Assembly (NCBI GenBank): GCA_035606545.1
Contig: DATNFC010000162.1
Coordinates: forward strand, 1 to 62,220
Length of the DNA stretch: 62,220 nucleotides
Source of the DNA: Candidatus Methylomirabilota bacterium
Lineage (GTDB): Bacteria > Eisenbacteria > RBG-16-71-46
Direction of reading: 5' to 3'
A program made the position numbers and the translations under genes. The notes under the pieces are model-generated. The model was not told the DNA's origin and ran no database searches. It was given only the letters and a program-made list of their open reading frames with translations. Positions 33,750 to 43,056 of the stretch are shown in pieces. Within the stretch, counting starts at the first letter, position 1, and each line of letters starts with the position of its first letter.

Positions 33750-34934
33750 ATGGAGACGCGACGCGTCTACCTGGCGGGTGCCGTGCGCACGCCTATCGGC
33801 AACTTCGGCGGCGCGCTCGCGTCCGTGAGCGCCGCGCAGCTGGCCGGTGTCGCGGCCGCCGCTGCGGTCGAGCGGAGCGGCGTGCCGAAGGCGGCCGTGG
33901 ACGAGCTGCTCGTGGGCCACGCGCGCCAGGCCGGCAACGGTCCCAACCTCGCGCGCCAGGTCGTGCGCCGCGCCGGGCTTCCCGACACCGTGCCCGCGTT
34001 CACGATCCACAAGGCGTGCGCGAGCGGCATGCAGGCGGTGGTGAGTGCCGCGCAGTCGATACGACTGGGGGACTCCGACGTCGCGCTGGCGGGTGGCGTC
34101 GAGCACATGAGCAGCATCCCGTACCTGGCCATGGACGTGCGCTGGGGGAAGAAGCTGGGCGACGAGCCGCTGCTGGACGCCATGTACCGCGACGGCTACC
34201 TGTGTCCGCTCTGCAACCAGCTGATGGGCGAGACCAGCGAGACGCTGGCGAGCGAGTACGCGATCCCGCGCGAGGAGCAGGATCGCTACGCGCAGCGCAG
34301 CAACCAGCGCGCCGCGCGCGCGTGGGAGGAGGGACGCTTCACGCCGCGCGTGGTGCCGGTGAGCGTGGGCGAGGGCAAGCGCGCCACGGTCGTGGAGCGC
34401 GACGAACACCCGCGCGGCGACACGACGGTGGAAGAGTTGGGAAGACTGCGCCCCGTGTTCAAGAAGGACGGCTCGGTGACCGCCGGCAACGCCAGCGCCA
34501 TCACCGACGGCGCCGCGGCCGTGATGGTGCTCTCGGAAGCGGCCGTGAAGGCCCACGGCGTGAAGCCGCAGGCCGCACTGCTGGGGGCCGTGAGCGTGGG
34601 ACTGGATCCCGCGCGCATGGGCCTCGGGCCGGTGCCGGCGACCCGGAAGCTGCTCGAGCGGCACCAGATGAAGCTCGAGCAGATCGACGTCATCGAGCTG
34701 AACGAGGCGTTCGCCTCCCAGGTGCTGGCGTGTGACCGCGAGCTCAAGCTGGACCACGAGCGTCTCAACCCGAACGGCGGCGGGATCGCGATCGGCCACC
34801 CGACCGGCTGCAGCGGCACGCGCATCATCGTCGAGCTGGTGCACGAGCTCGCACGCGTGAACGGCCGCTATGGGATCGCCACGCTGTGCGTGAGCGGCGG
34901 CCTGGGGATGGCCGTGCTCGTCGAGCGGGTCTAG
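33750..34934 (+). CDS. Acetyl-CoA acetyltransferase (thiolase II)
   Basis: ATG 33750 lies 7 nt after GAGGAG (GTG 33747 is also possible). Motifs: RTPIGNFGG, HKACASGMQAV (active-site Cys), NASAITDGAAA, GHPTGCSGTRI, CVSGGLGMA. Confidence 0.93.
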   Translation: METRRVYLAGAVRTPIGNFGGALASVSAAQLAGVAAAAAVERSGVPKAAVDELLVGHARQAGNGPNLARQVVRRAGLPDTVPAFTIHKACASGMQAVVSAAQSIRLGDSDVALAGGVEHMSSIPYLAMDVRWGKKLGDEPLLDAMYRDGYLCPLCNQLMGETSETLASEYAIPREEQDRYAQRSNQRAARAWEEGRFTPRVVPVSVGEGKRATVVERDEHPRGDTTVEELGRLRPVFKKDGSVTAGNASAITDGAAAVMVLSEAAVKAHGVKPQAALLGAVSVGLDPARMGLGPVPATRKLLERHQMKLEQIDVIELNEAFASQVLACDRELKLDHERLNPNGGGIAIGHPTGCSGTRIIVELVHELARVNGRYGIATLCVSGGLGMAVLVERV

Positions 34935-34981
34935 CCCGAGCTAGTCATGAACCGCTACGCGCTTCATGACTAGCTCGGGCT
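34933..34981. terminator. 19-bp perfect inverted repeat between convergent genes
   Basis: AGCCCGAGCTAGTCATGAA-(11 nt)-TTCATGACTAGCTCGGGCT. It spans from the thiolase stop codon to 5 nt before the minus-strand gene stop. It is unusually AT-rich for this genome. Confidence 0.55.
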
Positions 34982-34985
34982 GGCG

Positions 34986-35906
34986 CTACTCGCGCTTGAG
35001 CAGCGTCATCGCCGTGAGCGTGTCGCCGGCGGCGAGCGCCACGAGGGCGCGGTCCGCGAGCGCGAGCCCGGCGGAATCGCCGGTCGCGATCTCGTAGCAG
35101 AGCACGTCCCGCATCGCGCCCGCGCGCTGGCCGCTCGCGGCGCGCGCGTAGGCGCGCCAGCGGTAGGCGTCGGCATACCACGGCGCCAGCACGAGCGCCC
35201 CGTCGAGCGCCTTCGCCAGGTCCGCGTTCGTCGCGCGCGACATGTCGCGCATCATGCGCTCGTGCGCGCCACGCGCCACGGTCAGCGCGTCGCCGGGGAT
35301 CGCGGGCGGCGTGCCGAAGCCCGCCGCGAGCCGGATGATGCGCTCGCGGATCACCCACTCGTTCCCGAGCCTGGGATGCACACCGACGCGCGCGAGCGAG
35401 CCCACCCAGGCGTCGAACGCATCGCGCGACTGGCCTCCGGCCTCCGCCGCGAGCGCCATACCGAACACGTCCGGCGAGAGCGGGTCCGCATCCACGGGCG
35501 GGCGAACGGTCACGGCCACGCTGATGCGCGCGGCGACCGGGCGGCCGTTCCGCAGCGCTGGCTCGAACTGCCACCAGCGGACGGCGTCCACCGCGGCGGA
35601 GTCGTACGGCGTGCCCCCGCGCTCGACCCGTGCCTGGCGGACCAAGCCCAGCGAGTCGACGAGCACGCACACCTGGACCGCCGCGCTGTCCGCCGACACC
35701 AGCATGTCGGCCGAGAAATTGAGCCCGACGCGATCGCGTGGCCGCGGCGGCGTGCCGGGCGCGGGCCCGGTGAGCGGCTCGCACGGCGGCGGCACCGTTC
35801 CCCCGGGCCTGTACTTCACGCGCGCGCCAACGGCCGGGGAGAACAGGGCGAGCGCGGCGAGCAGCGTGAGCGCGGTGACGAGCGGACGTGGGCCGGGGTG
35901 GTTCAC
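34986..35906 (-). CDS. TonB C-terminal-domain protein with an extra helical C-terminal region
   Basis: GTG 35906. Signal/anchor LVTALTLLAALALFSPAVGA. Pro-rich linker. TonB_C-like block VCVLVDSLGLVRQARVERGGTPYDSAAVDAVRWWQFEPALRNGRPVAARISVAVTV. Confidence 0.7.
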   Translation of the reverse strand: MNHPGPRPLVTALTLLAALALFSPAVGARVKYRPGGTVPPPCEPLTGPAPGTPPRPRDRVGLNFSADMLVSADSAAVQVCVLVDSLGLVRQARVERGGTPYDSAAVDAVRWWQFEPALRNGRPVAARISVAVTVRPPVDADPLSPDVFGMALAAEAGGQSRDAFDAWVGSLARVGVHPRLGNEWVIRERIIRLAAGFGTPPAIPGDALTVARGAHERMMRDMSRATNADLAKALDGALVLAPWYADAYRWRAYARAASGQRAGAMRDVLCYEIATGDSAGLALADRALVALAAGDTLTAMTLLKRE

Positions 35907-36140
35907 GGGAGGAAGAGCCTAGCGCGCGCCCCCCGGCGGCGTGTCAGGGGGCCGTCCGGAGCCGTCCGCGCGTCGAATGAGCCCTTCTCGGCGTTTCGCG
36001 CGCATGTACTCTCAAGAAGCCCCGGCCCGAGGCCGGGCGACCGGGGAACCCGCTGCCAGCGTAGCGGACGCCCCGGGCCGCAGGGATGCCGCCGCGAGGA
36101 GCAGATCCTCCGGCGCCACCCACCCGAACGGGAGAAGAAG

Positions 36141-38918
36141 ATGAAGCGCCGCACCCGCGAACCCCATGCCCCGCTGCTCTTCGCGATTGCCGTCCTCACG
36201 CTGCTCACCACCTCCGCACGCGCACAGGTGCCCGACGCCAACCGCTGGGTCACCGACGGCGACGTGCACACCATCGTGCCCTGGGGCAATACCGTCTACG
36301 TGGGCGGGAGCTTCGGCTACGTCGGGCCCAACACGGGCGGCTGGACCGAGGTGGACGGCACGGGCCGCGCCACGACGCTGTTGCCGCGGCTCGATGGCGA
36401 GGTGACCGCGATGGTCGCTGACGGCGCGGGCGGGTGGTTCATCGCCGGCACGTTCACGCACGTCGCAGGCGTCGCGCGCGCCGGGCTCGCGCGCGTCACC
36501 TCCAGCGGATCGCTCACGGCATGGACGCCCACGCCGGCGCCGAGCGGTGCGGTGACCGCGCTCGAGCACGGAGCCGGGCGCGTGTTCGTGGCCACCGATG
36601 CCGGCGGCGTGAAGGCGTTCGACGACGCCGCGGGAGCCGCGGTGGGCGTCTGGGCGCCGGTCATCACCGGCGTGGTCGCGTCAATGGCGGTCAACGGCAC
36701 CACGCTGTTCGCGGCCGGCGACATCACGTTCACGGGCGGCAGCGGTATCGCCGCCATCAACACCACCTCGGGCGCGATCACCGCGTGGGACCCGGCGCCC
36801 GACCAGCCGGTGACGAAGATCTTCATCGACGGCCGCTGGCTCTACGCCACCGGCACGTTCACCACCATCGGCGGCCAGTCGCACTCGGGTCTCGCGCGCG
36901 CGCTGGTCGCCACGCGGGTGTGGGATGGCGGCTGGAACCCGTCCGTGGACCAGCCGGTCGACGGGCTGGCGACGGCGCAGAGCGGCCTCTGGATCGGCGG
37001 CGGGTTCTTCATCGTGAACTTCGATTTCCGTCCCACCGGCATCGCTGTCCTGGACACGACCGATGGCAGCACCAAGGCGCTGGTGCCGGACCTGGTCGGT
37101 CTCAACAGCAAGGTGACCGCGATCGTCGTGGACCAGCTGAACGCGTACGTGGCGCTGGAAACCCAGCTCACGTACGCGCTCGGCGGCTCCGCCCGGCCGC
37201 TCGTCGTGCGCCTCACCACGCCCGACGGCAAGCTGGACAAGTTCTACAACGTGCTCGGTACGGCGGCGCCGAACGCCTTTGACAACGCCATGGTCCGCTG
37301 CATTCGGCGCTCACCCGCGGGGCTCGTGGTCGCGGGCCGCTTCGTCACCGCCGGCGGGCGGAGGCAGGTCGCGGTCGCGGCCATGGACCGCGTCACCGGG
37401 CTGCCGCGCAACTGGGATCCGGGGCTCGCCGTGGACGAGCCGTTCCCGACGGTGCCCATCGTCAACGCCATCGTGCCCACGAGCCACGCCATCTACCTCG
37501 GTGGCTACTTCACGCACGCCGGCGGCGCGCTGAAGAAATCGGTCGCGGCGGTCGATTCGTCATTCGCCACGGCACGGTCGTTCAATGCGGACCTGGGGCC
37601 CGTGGCCTCGAGCGCCGCGGGTACGGCGTACTCGCTCGCGCTCTACCAGAACCGGCTCATGGTGGGCGGGTCGTTCAACACCGTCGCGGGCGCGGCGCAC
37701 ACGGGGCTCGCGCAGGTGGACACCGTGACCGGCGCGCCGGTCGGCGGCTGGACCTGCGACGTGGGCGGCAACGTCCAGTGCATGCTGGTGCGCGGCACCA
37801 CCGTGTTCGTGGGTGGCGGGATCTCCACCGTCGGCGGCCAGTCGCGCTCGAACATCGGCGCGCTGAACGGCACCACGGGCGCGGTGCTGGCGTGGAACCC
37901 GAACGTGGCCGGCGTTTCCGTGGACGCGCTCGTGGCCTCCAACGACACGCTCTACATCGGCGGCGACTACTCGCAGGTGTCGGGCCAGGTCCGCGTCTGC
38001 CTCGCGGCCGTGTCCGCGTCCACGGGCGCGCTCCTCGGCTGGGGACCGCAGGCGTTCGGCCCGGTGCGGGAGCTGGTGATGGACGGGCCAGCGCTCGTTG
38101 TCGGCGGCGAGTTCAACGGCCTCGCTGGGGGGCCGACGAACTACCTGGGCCGGCTCGATCGCGTCACGGGCCTGCCGGGCAAGCCCCTGCCGGCACCGGA
38201 CCAGATCGTCCTCGCCCTTGCGCTCGACGGCACTTCGCTCCACGTCGGCGGTGCGTTCGCGAAGCTCGATACGAGCCCGACCGCGAACCTCTGCAAGCTT
38301 GGGCCGACGGACCCGAACGGGCCCGCCCTGGTGCTGGTCCAAGCGAACGGTGGCGAGTTTCTCGTGGTCGGCTCCACCTATCGCGTCGAGTGGATCGCGA
38401 GCGATCCCTCCGGCGTGGCGTCCGTGGAGGTGGACCTGTCGCGCACGGGCGCGGCCGGCCCGTGGACCGTGCTCGCTGCAGGCCTGCGCAACACCGGCCA
38501 CTTGGACTGGCTCGTCACCGCCCCGAACGTCGCGGGCAACGCGTTCTTCCGCATCACCGCGCTCGACTTCGCTGGCAACACCACGAAGGTCTCGAGCGCT
38601 GCCGCGTTCTCGATCGGTGCCGCCATCGCCGGCGTGGATCCCACGCGCGGCCAGGGCCCGCTCGTCTCGTTTCTCATGGGACCGAACCCGGCGCGGATGG
38701 AGACGAACCTCCGCTTCACGCTTCGCCAGCCGATGCGTGCGGGCTTCCGGCTGGTCGACGTCCAGGGCCGGGAGCTGTGGTTCCACCCCGAGCAGTCGTA
38801 CGACGTGGGCGAGCACGTCGTCGCCTGCCCGCTCGGGGATGTCCGACCGGGGCTCTACTTCCTGCGGTTCGACCACGGCGGCGAGGTGAGCCTGACGCGG
38901 CTGGCGGTGGTCCGGTGA
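36141..38918 (+). CDS. Large secreted beta-propeller repeat protein with C-terminal FlgD-Ig/T9SS-like sorting domain
   Basis: ATG 36141 follows GGAGAAG. Signal peptide LLFAIAVLTLLTTSARA. Many approximately 50-aa repeats of the form V.A....G..L.VGG.F..VGG..R..LA.....TG....W.P. C-terminal domain (38661-38918): GPNPAR...FRLVDVQGREL...RPGLYFLRF...TRLAVVR*. Confidence 0.85.
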   Translation: MKRRTREPHAPLLFAIAVLTLLTTSARAQVPDANRWVTDGDVHTIVPWGNTVYVGGSFGYVGPNTGGWTEVDGTGRATTLLPRLDGEVTAMVADGAGGWFIAGTFTHVAGVARAGLARVTSSGSLTAWTPTPAPSGAVTALEHGAGRVFVATDAGGVKAFDDAAGAAVGVWAPVITGVVASMAVNGTTLFAAGDITFTGGSGIAAINTTSGAITAWDPAPDQPVTKIFIDGRWLYATGTFTTIGGQSHSGLARALVATRVWDGGWNPSVDQPVDGLATAQSGLWIGGGFFIVNFDFRPTGIAVLDTTDGSTKALVPDLVGLNSKVTAIVVDQLNAYVALETQLTYALGGSARPLVVRLTTPDGKLDKFYNVLGTAAPNAFDNAMVRCIRRSPAGLVVAGRFVTAGGRRQVAVAAMDRVTGLPRNWDPGLAVDEPFPTVPIVNAIVPTSHAIYLGGYFTHAGGALKKSVAAVDSSFATARSFNADLGPVASSAAGTAYSLALYQNRLMVGGSFNTVAGAAHTGLAQVDTVTGAPVGGWTCDVGGNVQCMLVRGTTVFVGGGISTVGGQSRSNIGALNGTTGAVLAWNPNVAGVSVDALVASNDTLYIGGDYSQVSGQVRVCLAAVSASTGALLGWGPQAFGPVRELVMDGPALVVGGEFNGLAGGPTNYLGRLDRVTGLPGKPLPAPDQIVLALALDGTSLHVGGAFAKLDTSPTANLCKLGPTDPNGPALVLVQANGGEFLVVGSTYRVEWIASDPSGVASVEVDLSRTGAAGPWTVLAAGLRNTGHLDWLVTAPNVAGNAFFRITALDFAGNTTKVSSAAAFSIGAAIAGVDPTRGQGPLVSFLMGPNPARMETNLRFTLRQPMRAGFRLVDVQGRELWFHPEQSYDVGEHVVACPLGDVRPGLYFLRFDHGGEVSLTRLAVVR

Positions 38919-39014
38919 TGTCGTAAACTGTTGTCGCAGATAAGACTACAAGAAAGTTCTGGGTGGGGGCTTGTCGATCCACCGGAGCGGGCAAATATTG
39001 GTTCTGTTCGGGAT

Positions 39015-39052
39015 CGCCCGGAGGCCTCGCGCCACCGGGCGGTTTTCTTTTT
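39015..39052 (+). terminator. Rho-independent terminator
   Basis: CGCCCGG-AGGCCTCGCGCCA-CCGGGCG stem (with extra inner GGC/GCC pairs) followed by GTTTTCTTTTT. This is the clearest U-tract terminator in the window. Confidence 0.7.
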
Positions 39053-39186
39053 CCGGCCCGGCCGCCGTGGACTCTTCCGGCGTTGCCCTTGACGCGCCGA
39101 ACCCCGGCTTTTTCGCGCCTCGCAGCCCGGCGTGGCCTTGCAGCGGCACTGCGACCGGATGCGCTCCAACGCCGTATCCCCAAGCG

Positions 39187-39216
39187 TTGACGCTGGTTCC
39201 GGCCCCCTCCTATACT
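39187..39216 (+). promoter_or_regulatory. Sigma70-like promoter upstream of the enoyl-CoA hydratase gene
   Basis: TTGACG (39187-39192), 18-nt spacer, TATACT (39211-39216), about 110 nt upstream of ATG 39329. Confidence 0.6.
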
Positions 39217-39328
39217 GCGCGGGCGTTCTCGATGCCTTCACTCGCGGCCGTCCGCCGGCCTCTCGCGACCCAAGCGGACCCCGACCACCGGCCGCTGCCG
39301 CTTCCTCCAGTCCCACGAGGTCTCCGCC

Positions 39329-40156
39329 ATGGAATCCACGCAGACCAAGCTCGTCGTCACCTCGGTCAAGAACGGGGTCATGACGTTCGAGCTCACGTTC
39401 GACCCGGGCAACTGTTACACGCACGAGATGATGCGACAGATCGACGAGGCGATCCTCCAGGCGCGCTTCGACGAGAAGGTGCACGTCATCGTCATCCGCG
39501 GTTCGGGCGACAAGTTCTTCTGTGCGGGCGCCGACATCAACATGCTCAAGAAGGCCGACCCCACGTTCAAGTACTACTTCTGCCTGCACGCGAACGAGAC
39601 GCTCAACCGCCTCGAGCAGACGCCCAAGTTGGTGATCGCGGCGTTGAATGGCCACACCGTGGGCGGCGGCCTCGAGATCGCGATGGCGGCCGACATCCGC
39701 ATCGGCATGCGCAACACGACCGTGCCGAAGGAGAAGCAGCCGAAGATGGGGCTGCCTGAAGTGGCGCTCGGCGTGCTCCCGGGCACGGGCGGCACGCAGC
39801 GCATGGCGCGGCTCGTCAACAAGTCGACCGCGATCGAGCTGATGGTCGAGGGCAGCACGTTCGACTTCGAGCGCGGCCAGGCGCTGGGGCTCGTGAACCA
39901 GATCTGGGACGCGACGAACGTCCAGGAGTTCATGGACAAGGTGCAGGCGTACGCCGAGAAGTTCTGCCCGCCGCACAAGGCGTCCAGGGCCGTGGGCCGC
40001 ATCAAGCGCGCGGTGCAGAGCGGCGCGGAGATCCCGTTCGAGTCCGCGCTCGCCGTGGAGCGTGAGCTGCAGCAGTTGCTGTTCCAGGGTGACGACGCCA
40101 AGGAAGGGCTGGCGGCGTACATCGAGAAGCGCAAGGGCAACTTCACCGGTCGCTAG
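39329..40156 (+). CDS. Enoyl-CoA hydratase/isomerase (crotonase) family protein
   Basis: Motifs: VIVIRGSGDKFFCAGADI, AALNGHTVGGGLEIAMAADIRI, GVLPGTGGTQR, EGLAAYIEKR. Confidence 0.9.
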   Translation: MESTQTKLVVTSVKNGVMTFELTFDPGNCYTHEMMRQIDEAILQARFDEKVHVIVIRGSGDKFFCAGADINMLKKADPTFKYYFCLHANETLNRLEQTPKLVIAALNGHTVGGGLEIAMAADIRIGMRNTTVPKEKQPKMGLPEVALGVLPGTGGTQRMARLVNKSTAIELMVEGSTFDFERGQALGLVNQIWDATNVQEFMDKVQAYAEKFCPPHKASRAVGRIKRAVQSGAEIPFESALAVERELQQLLFQGDDAKEGLAAYIEKRKGNFTGR

Positions 40157-40157
40157 C

Positions 40158-41345
40158 GTGCACGCGTCCGGCCGTCGCGCTTCACCCGGGAATCCATCGA
40201 CCGCGGACCGCGGCGGGCGGCTCCGCCGCGGGTCCGCGGTTCTCTGCTTCCTGGCCCTCGCGATCGCGTCCGGCGCGCACGCGCAGGTGTTCTCGAACAA
40301 GGTGGTGGGGGAGAAGAACGCGGAGTACGCGGACAGCCTGAAGAAGTCCGTTTACCCCTACGCGCTGCCGATCTGGGGCGACAAGGCGACGAAGCGCGGC
40401 TACGACCTGCCCTATTCGGCCGGGCTGAGCATGCAGTACTTCGGCCAGCGCTCGGACATCGTCATCGAGAACCTGCAGGTCGGGTTCAACGGCGGCACGA
40501 TGCACGACCTGGACGGCATCGTCCGCTTCGACAAGGCGAAATCATCGAGCGACGGCATCTCGCTGCGCCCGGACATCTGGCTCTACCCGTTCCTCAACGT
40601 CTACGCGATCTTCGGCGTCTCGTCCGCCTCGACCGACGTGGGCTACAGCCTGTGGCTGCCCGACTCGTCCGGTCGGGAGCAGCAGATCCTGAGCCTGAAC
40701 ACGAAGGTCGACTTCACCGCGGCCACGCTCGGCATCGGCATCACGCCGACACTTGGCGTCGGCGGCGGCTGGCTGGCGCTCGACATGAACTTCACCTGGA
40801 CCGACATCCCGCAGCTCTCCGAGCCCGCCCAGTCGTTCGTGTTCGACCCGCGCATGGGCAAGACGTTCAAGTTGAGACGCCCCGACGAGAACATCAACCT
40901 CTGGGCCGGCGGGTTCCGGCTCGCGATCAACACCGGCACCACCGGATCGATCCCGCTCTCGGACGCGCTGCCGATCGACCAGTGGCAGACGAGCGTCGAC
41001 AACGCCCAGGCCGAGGTCGCGAGGCGGAACGCCGAGATCGACGCGTGGTGGAACAGCCTGACGCCGCCGCAGCAGGCGAACCCGGCGAACAAGGCGAAAT
41101 ACGAGGCATCGAAGGCGGCGCTGGCCCGCGCCGGCTCGTTCCTGAACTCGGCCGACCAGGCCGTCGGCAACGCGGGCTCGTCCTCGGTGGACTACTCGAT
41201 CGACAAGCACCCGGCCGACATGTGGAACCTGCTTGTGGGCGGCCAGTACCAGATGAACAAGAGCTGGATGTTCCGGTTCGAGGTCGGCTTCCTCACCTCA
41301 CGCACGCACATCATCAGCGGCGTGCAGTACCGGTTCGGGTTGTAG
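40158..41345 (+). CDS. Outer-membrane beta-barrel-like hypothetical protein
   Basis: GTG 40158 is 2 nt after the crotonase stop and is the only start candidate. Signal VLCFLALAIASGAHAQ. Strand-like pattern ending ISGVQYRFGL. Internal helical insert QAEVARRNAEIDAWWNSL. Confidence 0.6.
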   Translation: MHASGRRASPGNPSTADRGGRLRRGSAVLCFLALAIASGAHAQVFSNKVVGEKNAEYADSLKKSVYPYALPIWGDKATKRGYDLPYSAGLSMQYFGQRSDIVIENLQVGFNGGTMHDLDGIVRFDKAKSSSDGISLRPDIWLYPFLNVYAIFGVSSASTDVGYSLWLPDSSGREQQILSLNTKVDFTAATLGIGITPTLGVGGGWLALDMNFTWTDIPQLSEPAQSFVFDPRMGKTFKLRRPDENINLWAGGFRLAINTGTTGSIPLSDALPIDQWQTSVDNAQAEVARRNAEIDAWWNSLTPPQQANPANKAKYEASKAALARAGSFLNSADQAVGNAGSSSVDYSIDKHPADMWNLLVGGQYQMNKSWMFRFEVGFLTSRTHIISGVQYRFGL

Positions 41346-41370
41346 CGCGCGCGGCGTTCCCGGCCGCCGG

Positions 41371-42081
41371 CTACTTCGAAGGCTTCTTCCCGAGGTAGAT
41401 GCGCCCCGTGCCGGTGATCACGCGCGTGTGGCTCGCCTCGGAGGCGCCGTCGAGCCGCATGTCGGTGAGCCCTTCCGTGTAGCGGCCGGCGATCGAGAGC
41501 AGCGGGAAGCGCCACTCGGCCTCGAACGAGAGCCCGAAATCGACCGCGGGCAGGTGGTCGCCGATGTCGCGCTCGAGCGTGTAGCCCATACCGGCCGGCG
41601 TCACGGCCTGATAGCGGTCGCGGGCGCCGGTGACGACGCTCAGCGCCGGCCCCGCGCCGACGCGGATGCCATCCTGCTGGTCGGGCGACCACTTGAGCAG
41701 CGCCGAGAACTCGATCACGTCGAGGCTCCGCTCCATCGTGCGTCCGGCCGTCTGGCCATCGAACGCGGGGTCGCCGGTCGGAGCCGCGGCGAGCCCGTCC
41801 GCACCGCGGCCGGCGATGGGAAGGAGCGCGCCGCCGAGGTGGAAGTGCTCTGAGAACCGCCAATCGGCGAACAGGCCGAACACCGGGCGATTGACGCGCT
41901 GCGCGTCATTGAAGCCCTCGATCGTCGAAAAGTTGGCGCCCACCTCGAAACCGAGGTTGAACGTCGGGGTCGAGAGCTTCTCGCCGAACAGGTAGCCGAT
42001 CAGGACCTGGGCTCCCGCCGGCGCGGCGGTCAGGAGCAGCCCGGCAAAGAGCAGGACGGCGGCGGCACGGTGCGGGCGCAT
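41371..42081 (-). CDS. Small outer-membrane beta-barrel protein (OmpW/PorT-like size)
   Basis: Signal [19 protein letters not shown]. Alternating hydrophobic strands ([31 protein letters not shown]). Confidence 0.6.
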   Translation of the reverse strand: MRPHRAAAVLLFAGLLLTAAPAGAQVLIGYLFGEKLSTPTFNLGFEVGANFSTIEGFNDAQRVNRPVFGLFADWRFSEHFHLGGALLPIAGRGADGLAAAPTGDPAFDGQTAGRTMERSLDVIEFSALLKWSPDQQDGIRVGAGPALSVVTGARDRYQAVTPAGMGYTLERDIGDHLPAVDFGLSFEAEWRFPLLSIAGRYTEGLTDMRLDGASEASHTRVITGTGRIYLGKKPSK

Positions 42082-42170
42082 GCCGCCGAGCCTACATGCG
42101 GCACGCGGGCATGCACAGCGCCGGAGGACAGTTCTTGACGCCCGTGCGCGCGCACCGGGAAGATAAGTGC

Positions 42171-43043
42171 ATGCTCACCGATCAGCCGCCGGTGTCCCCA
42201 CCCCAGGCCAGGCCGGGCGAACGCCGTCCGGGGGACCCCGACCCGTCCTCGGCCCGGGCGCCGTTCGACCGCCGCCCCACCGGCAAGGTCGTGCTGGTGA
42301 TGCCCGCGTACAACGCCGCGGAGACGCTGCAGCAGACGTGGGGCGAGATCCCGGCCGGCTACGTCGACGAGCACATCCTCGTCGATGACGCGAGCCGCGA
42401 CGACACCGTGGCGATCGCGCGCTCGCTCGGCATCCATGTGCTCGAGCACGCGAAAAACCGCGGCTACGGCGGCAACCAGAAGTCGTGTTACCGCGAAGCG
42501 CTCGATCGCGGCGCCGACATCGTGGTCATGCTCCACCCGGACTACCAGTACGATCCGCGGCTCGTGCCCATGATGCTGCTGCCGCTCCAACTCGGGAGCC
42601 TGGACGTGATGATGGGCTCGCGCGTGCGCACGCGCCGCGAGTGCCTGGGGGCGGGGATGCCGCTCTACAAGTACCTCGGCAATCGCTTCCTCACGCTGAT
42701 CGAGAACGTCTGCCTGGGGCAGAACATGGGCGAGTTCCACAGCGGCTTCCGCGCCTACCGGCGCGAGGTGCTGGAAACGATCCCGTTCGAGCGCTTCTCC
42801 GACGACTTCGTGTTCGACTCGCAGTTCCTCGTCTCCGCGATCGATGCCGGCTTCCGCCTGGGCGAGATCCCGGTGCCGGTGCGCTACATGCCCGAAGCGT
42901 CAAGCATCGGCTTCCAGCGCAGCGTGCGCTACGGCCTGGGCACGCTCGTGGCGGTGGGGCAGTACCTGCTGAAGCTCATGGGGTTCCCGCCCGCGCGCAT
43001 CTTCGCTCCGCCGCGCTCGCGATCGCCGCGGATCCAGGGCTGA
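42171..43043 (+). CDS. GT2 polyprenyl-phosphate glycosyltransferase (ArnC/DPM1-like)
   Basis: ATG 42171 (upstream alternatives exist in the same ORF). Motifs: [48 protein letters not shown]. Confidence 0.85.
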   Translation: MLTDQPPVSPPQARPGERRPGDPDPSSARAPFDRRPTGKVVLVMPAYNAAETLQQTWGEIPAGYVDEHILVDDASRDDTVAIARSLGIHVLEHAKNRGYGGNQKSCYREALDRGADIVVMLHPDYQYDPRLVPMMLLPLQLGSLDVMMGSRVRTRRECLGAGMPLYKYLGNRFLTLIENVCLGQNMGEFHSGFRAYRREVLETIPFERFSDDFVFDSQFLVSAIDAGFRLGEIPVPVRYMPEASSIGFQRSVRYGLGTLVAVGQYLLKLMGFPPARIFAPPRSRSPRIQG

Positions 43044-43056
43044 TCGCCGGGAGCGC

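Noticed and set aside
31659-34844. Very long ORFs antisense to known genes (for example 31659-34844, 48042-50603, 17054-19597, 14763-17369, 55411-57342 and 25290-27554).
   Set aside because: Their translations are Arg/Ala/Gly/Pro-rich with no motifs. Each lies opposite a gene with clear family motifs. Such shadow ORFs are expected at about 70% GC.
39089-39117. Second TTGACG hexamer as an additional promoter.
   Set aside because: No acceptable -10 lies at 16-19 nt (TTCGCG/TCGCGC).
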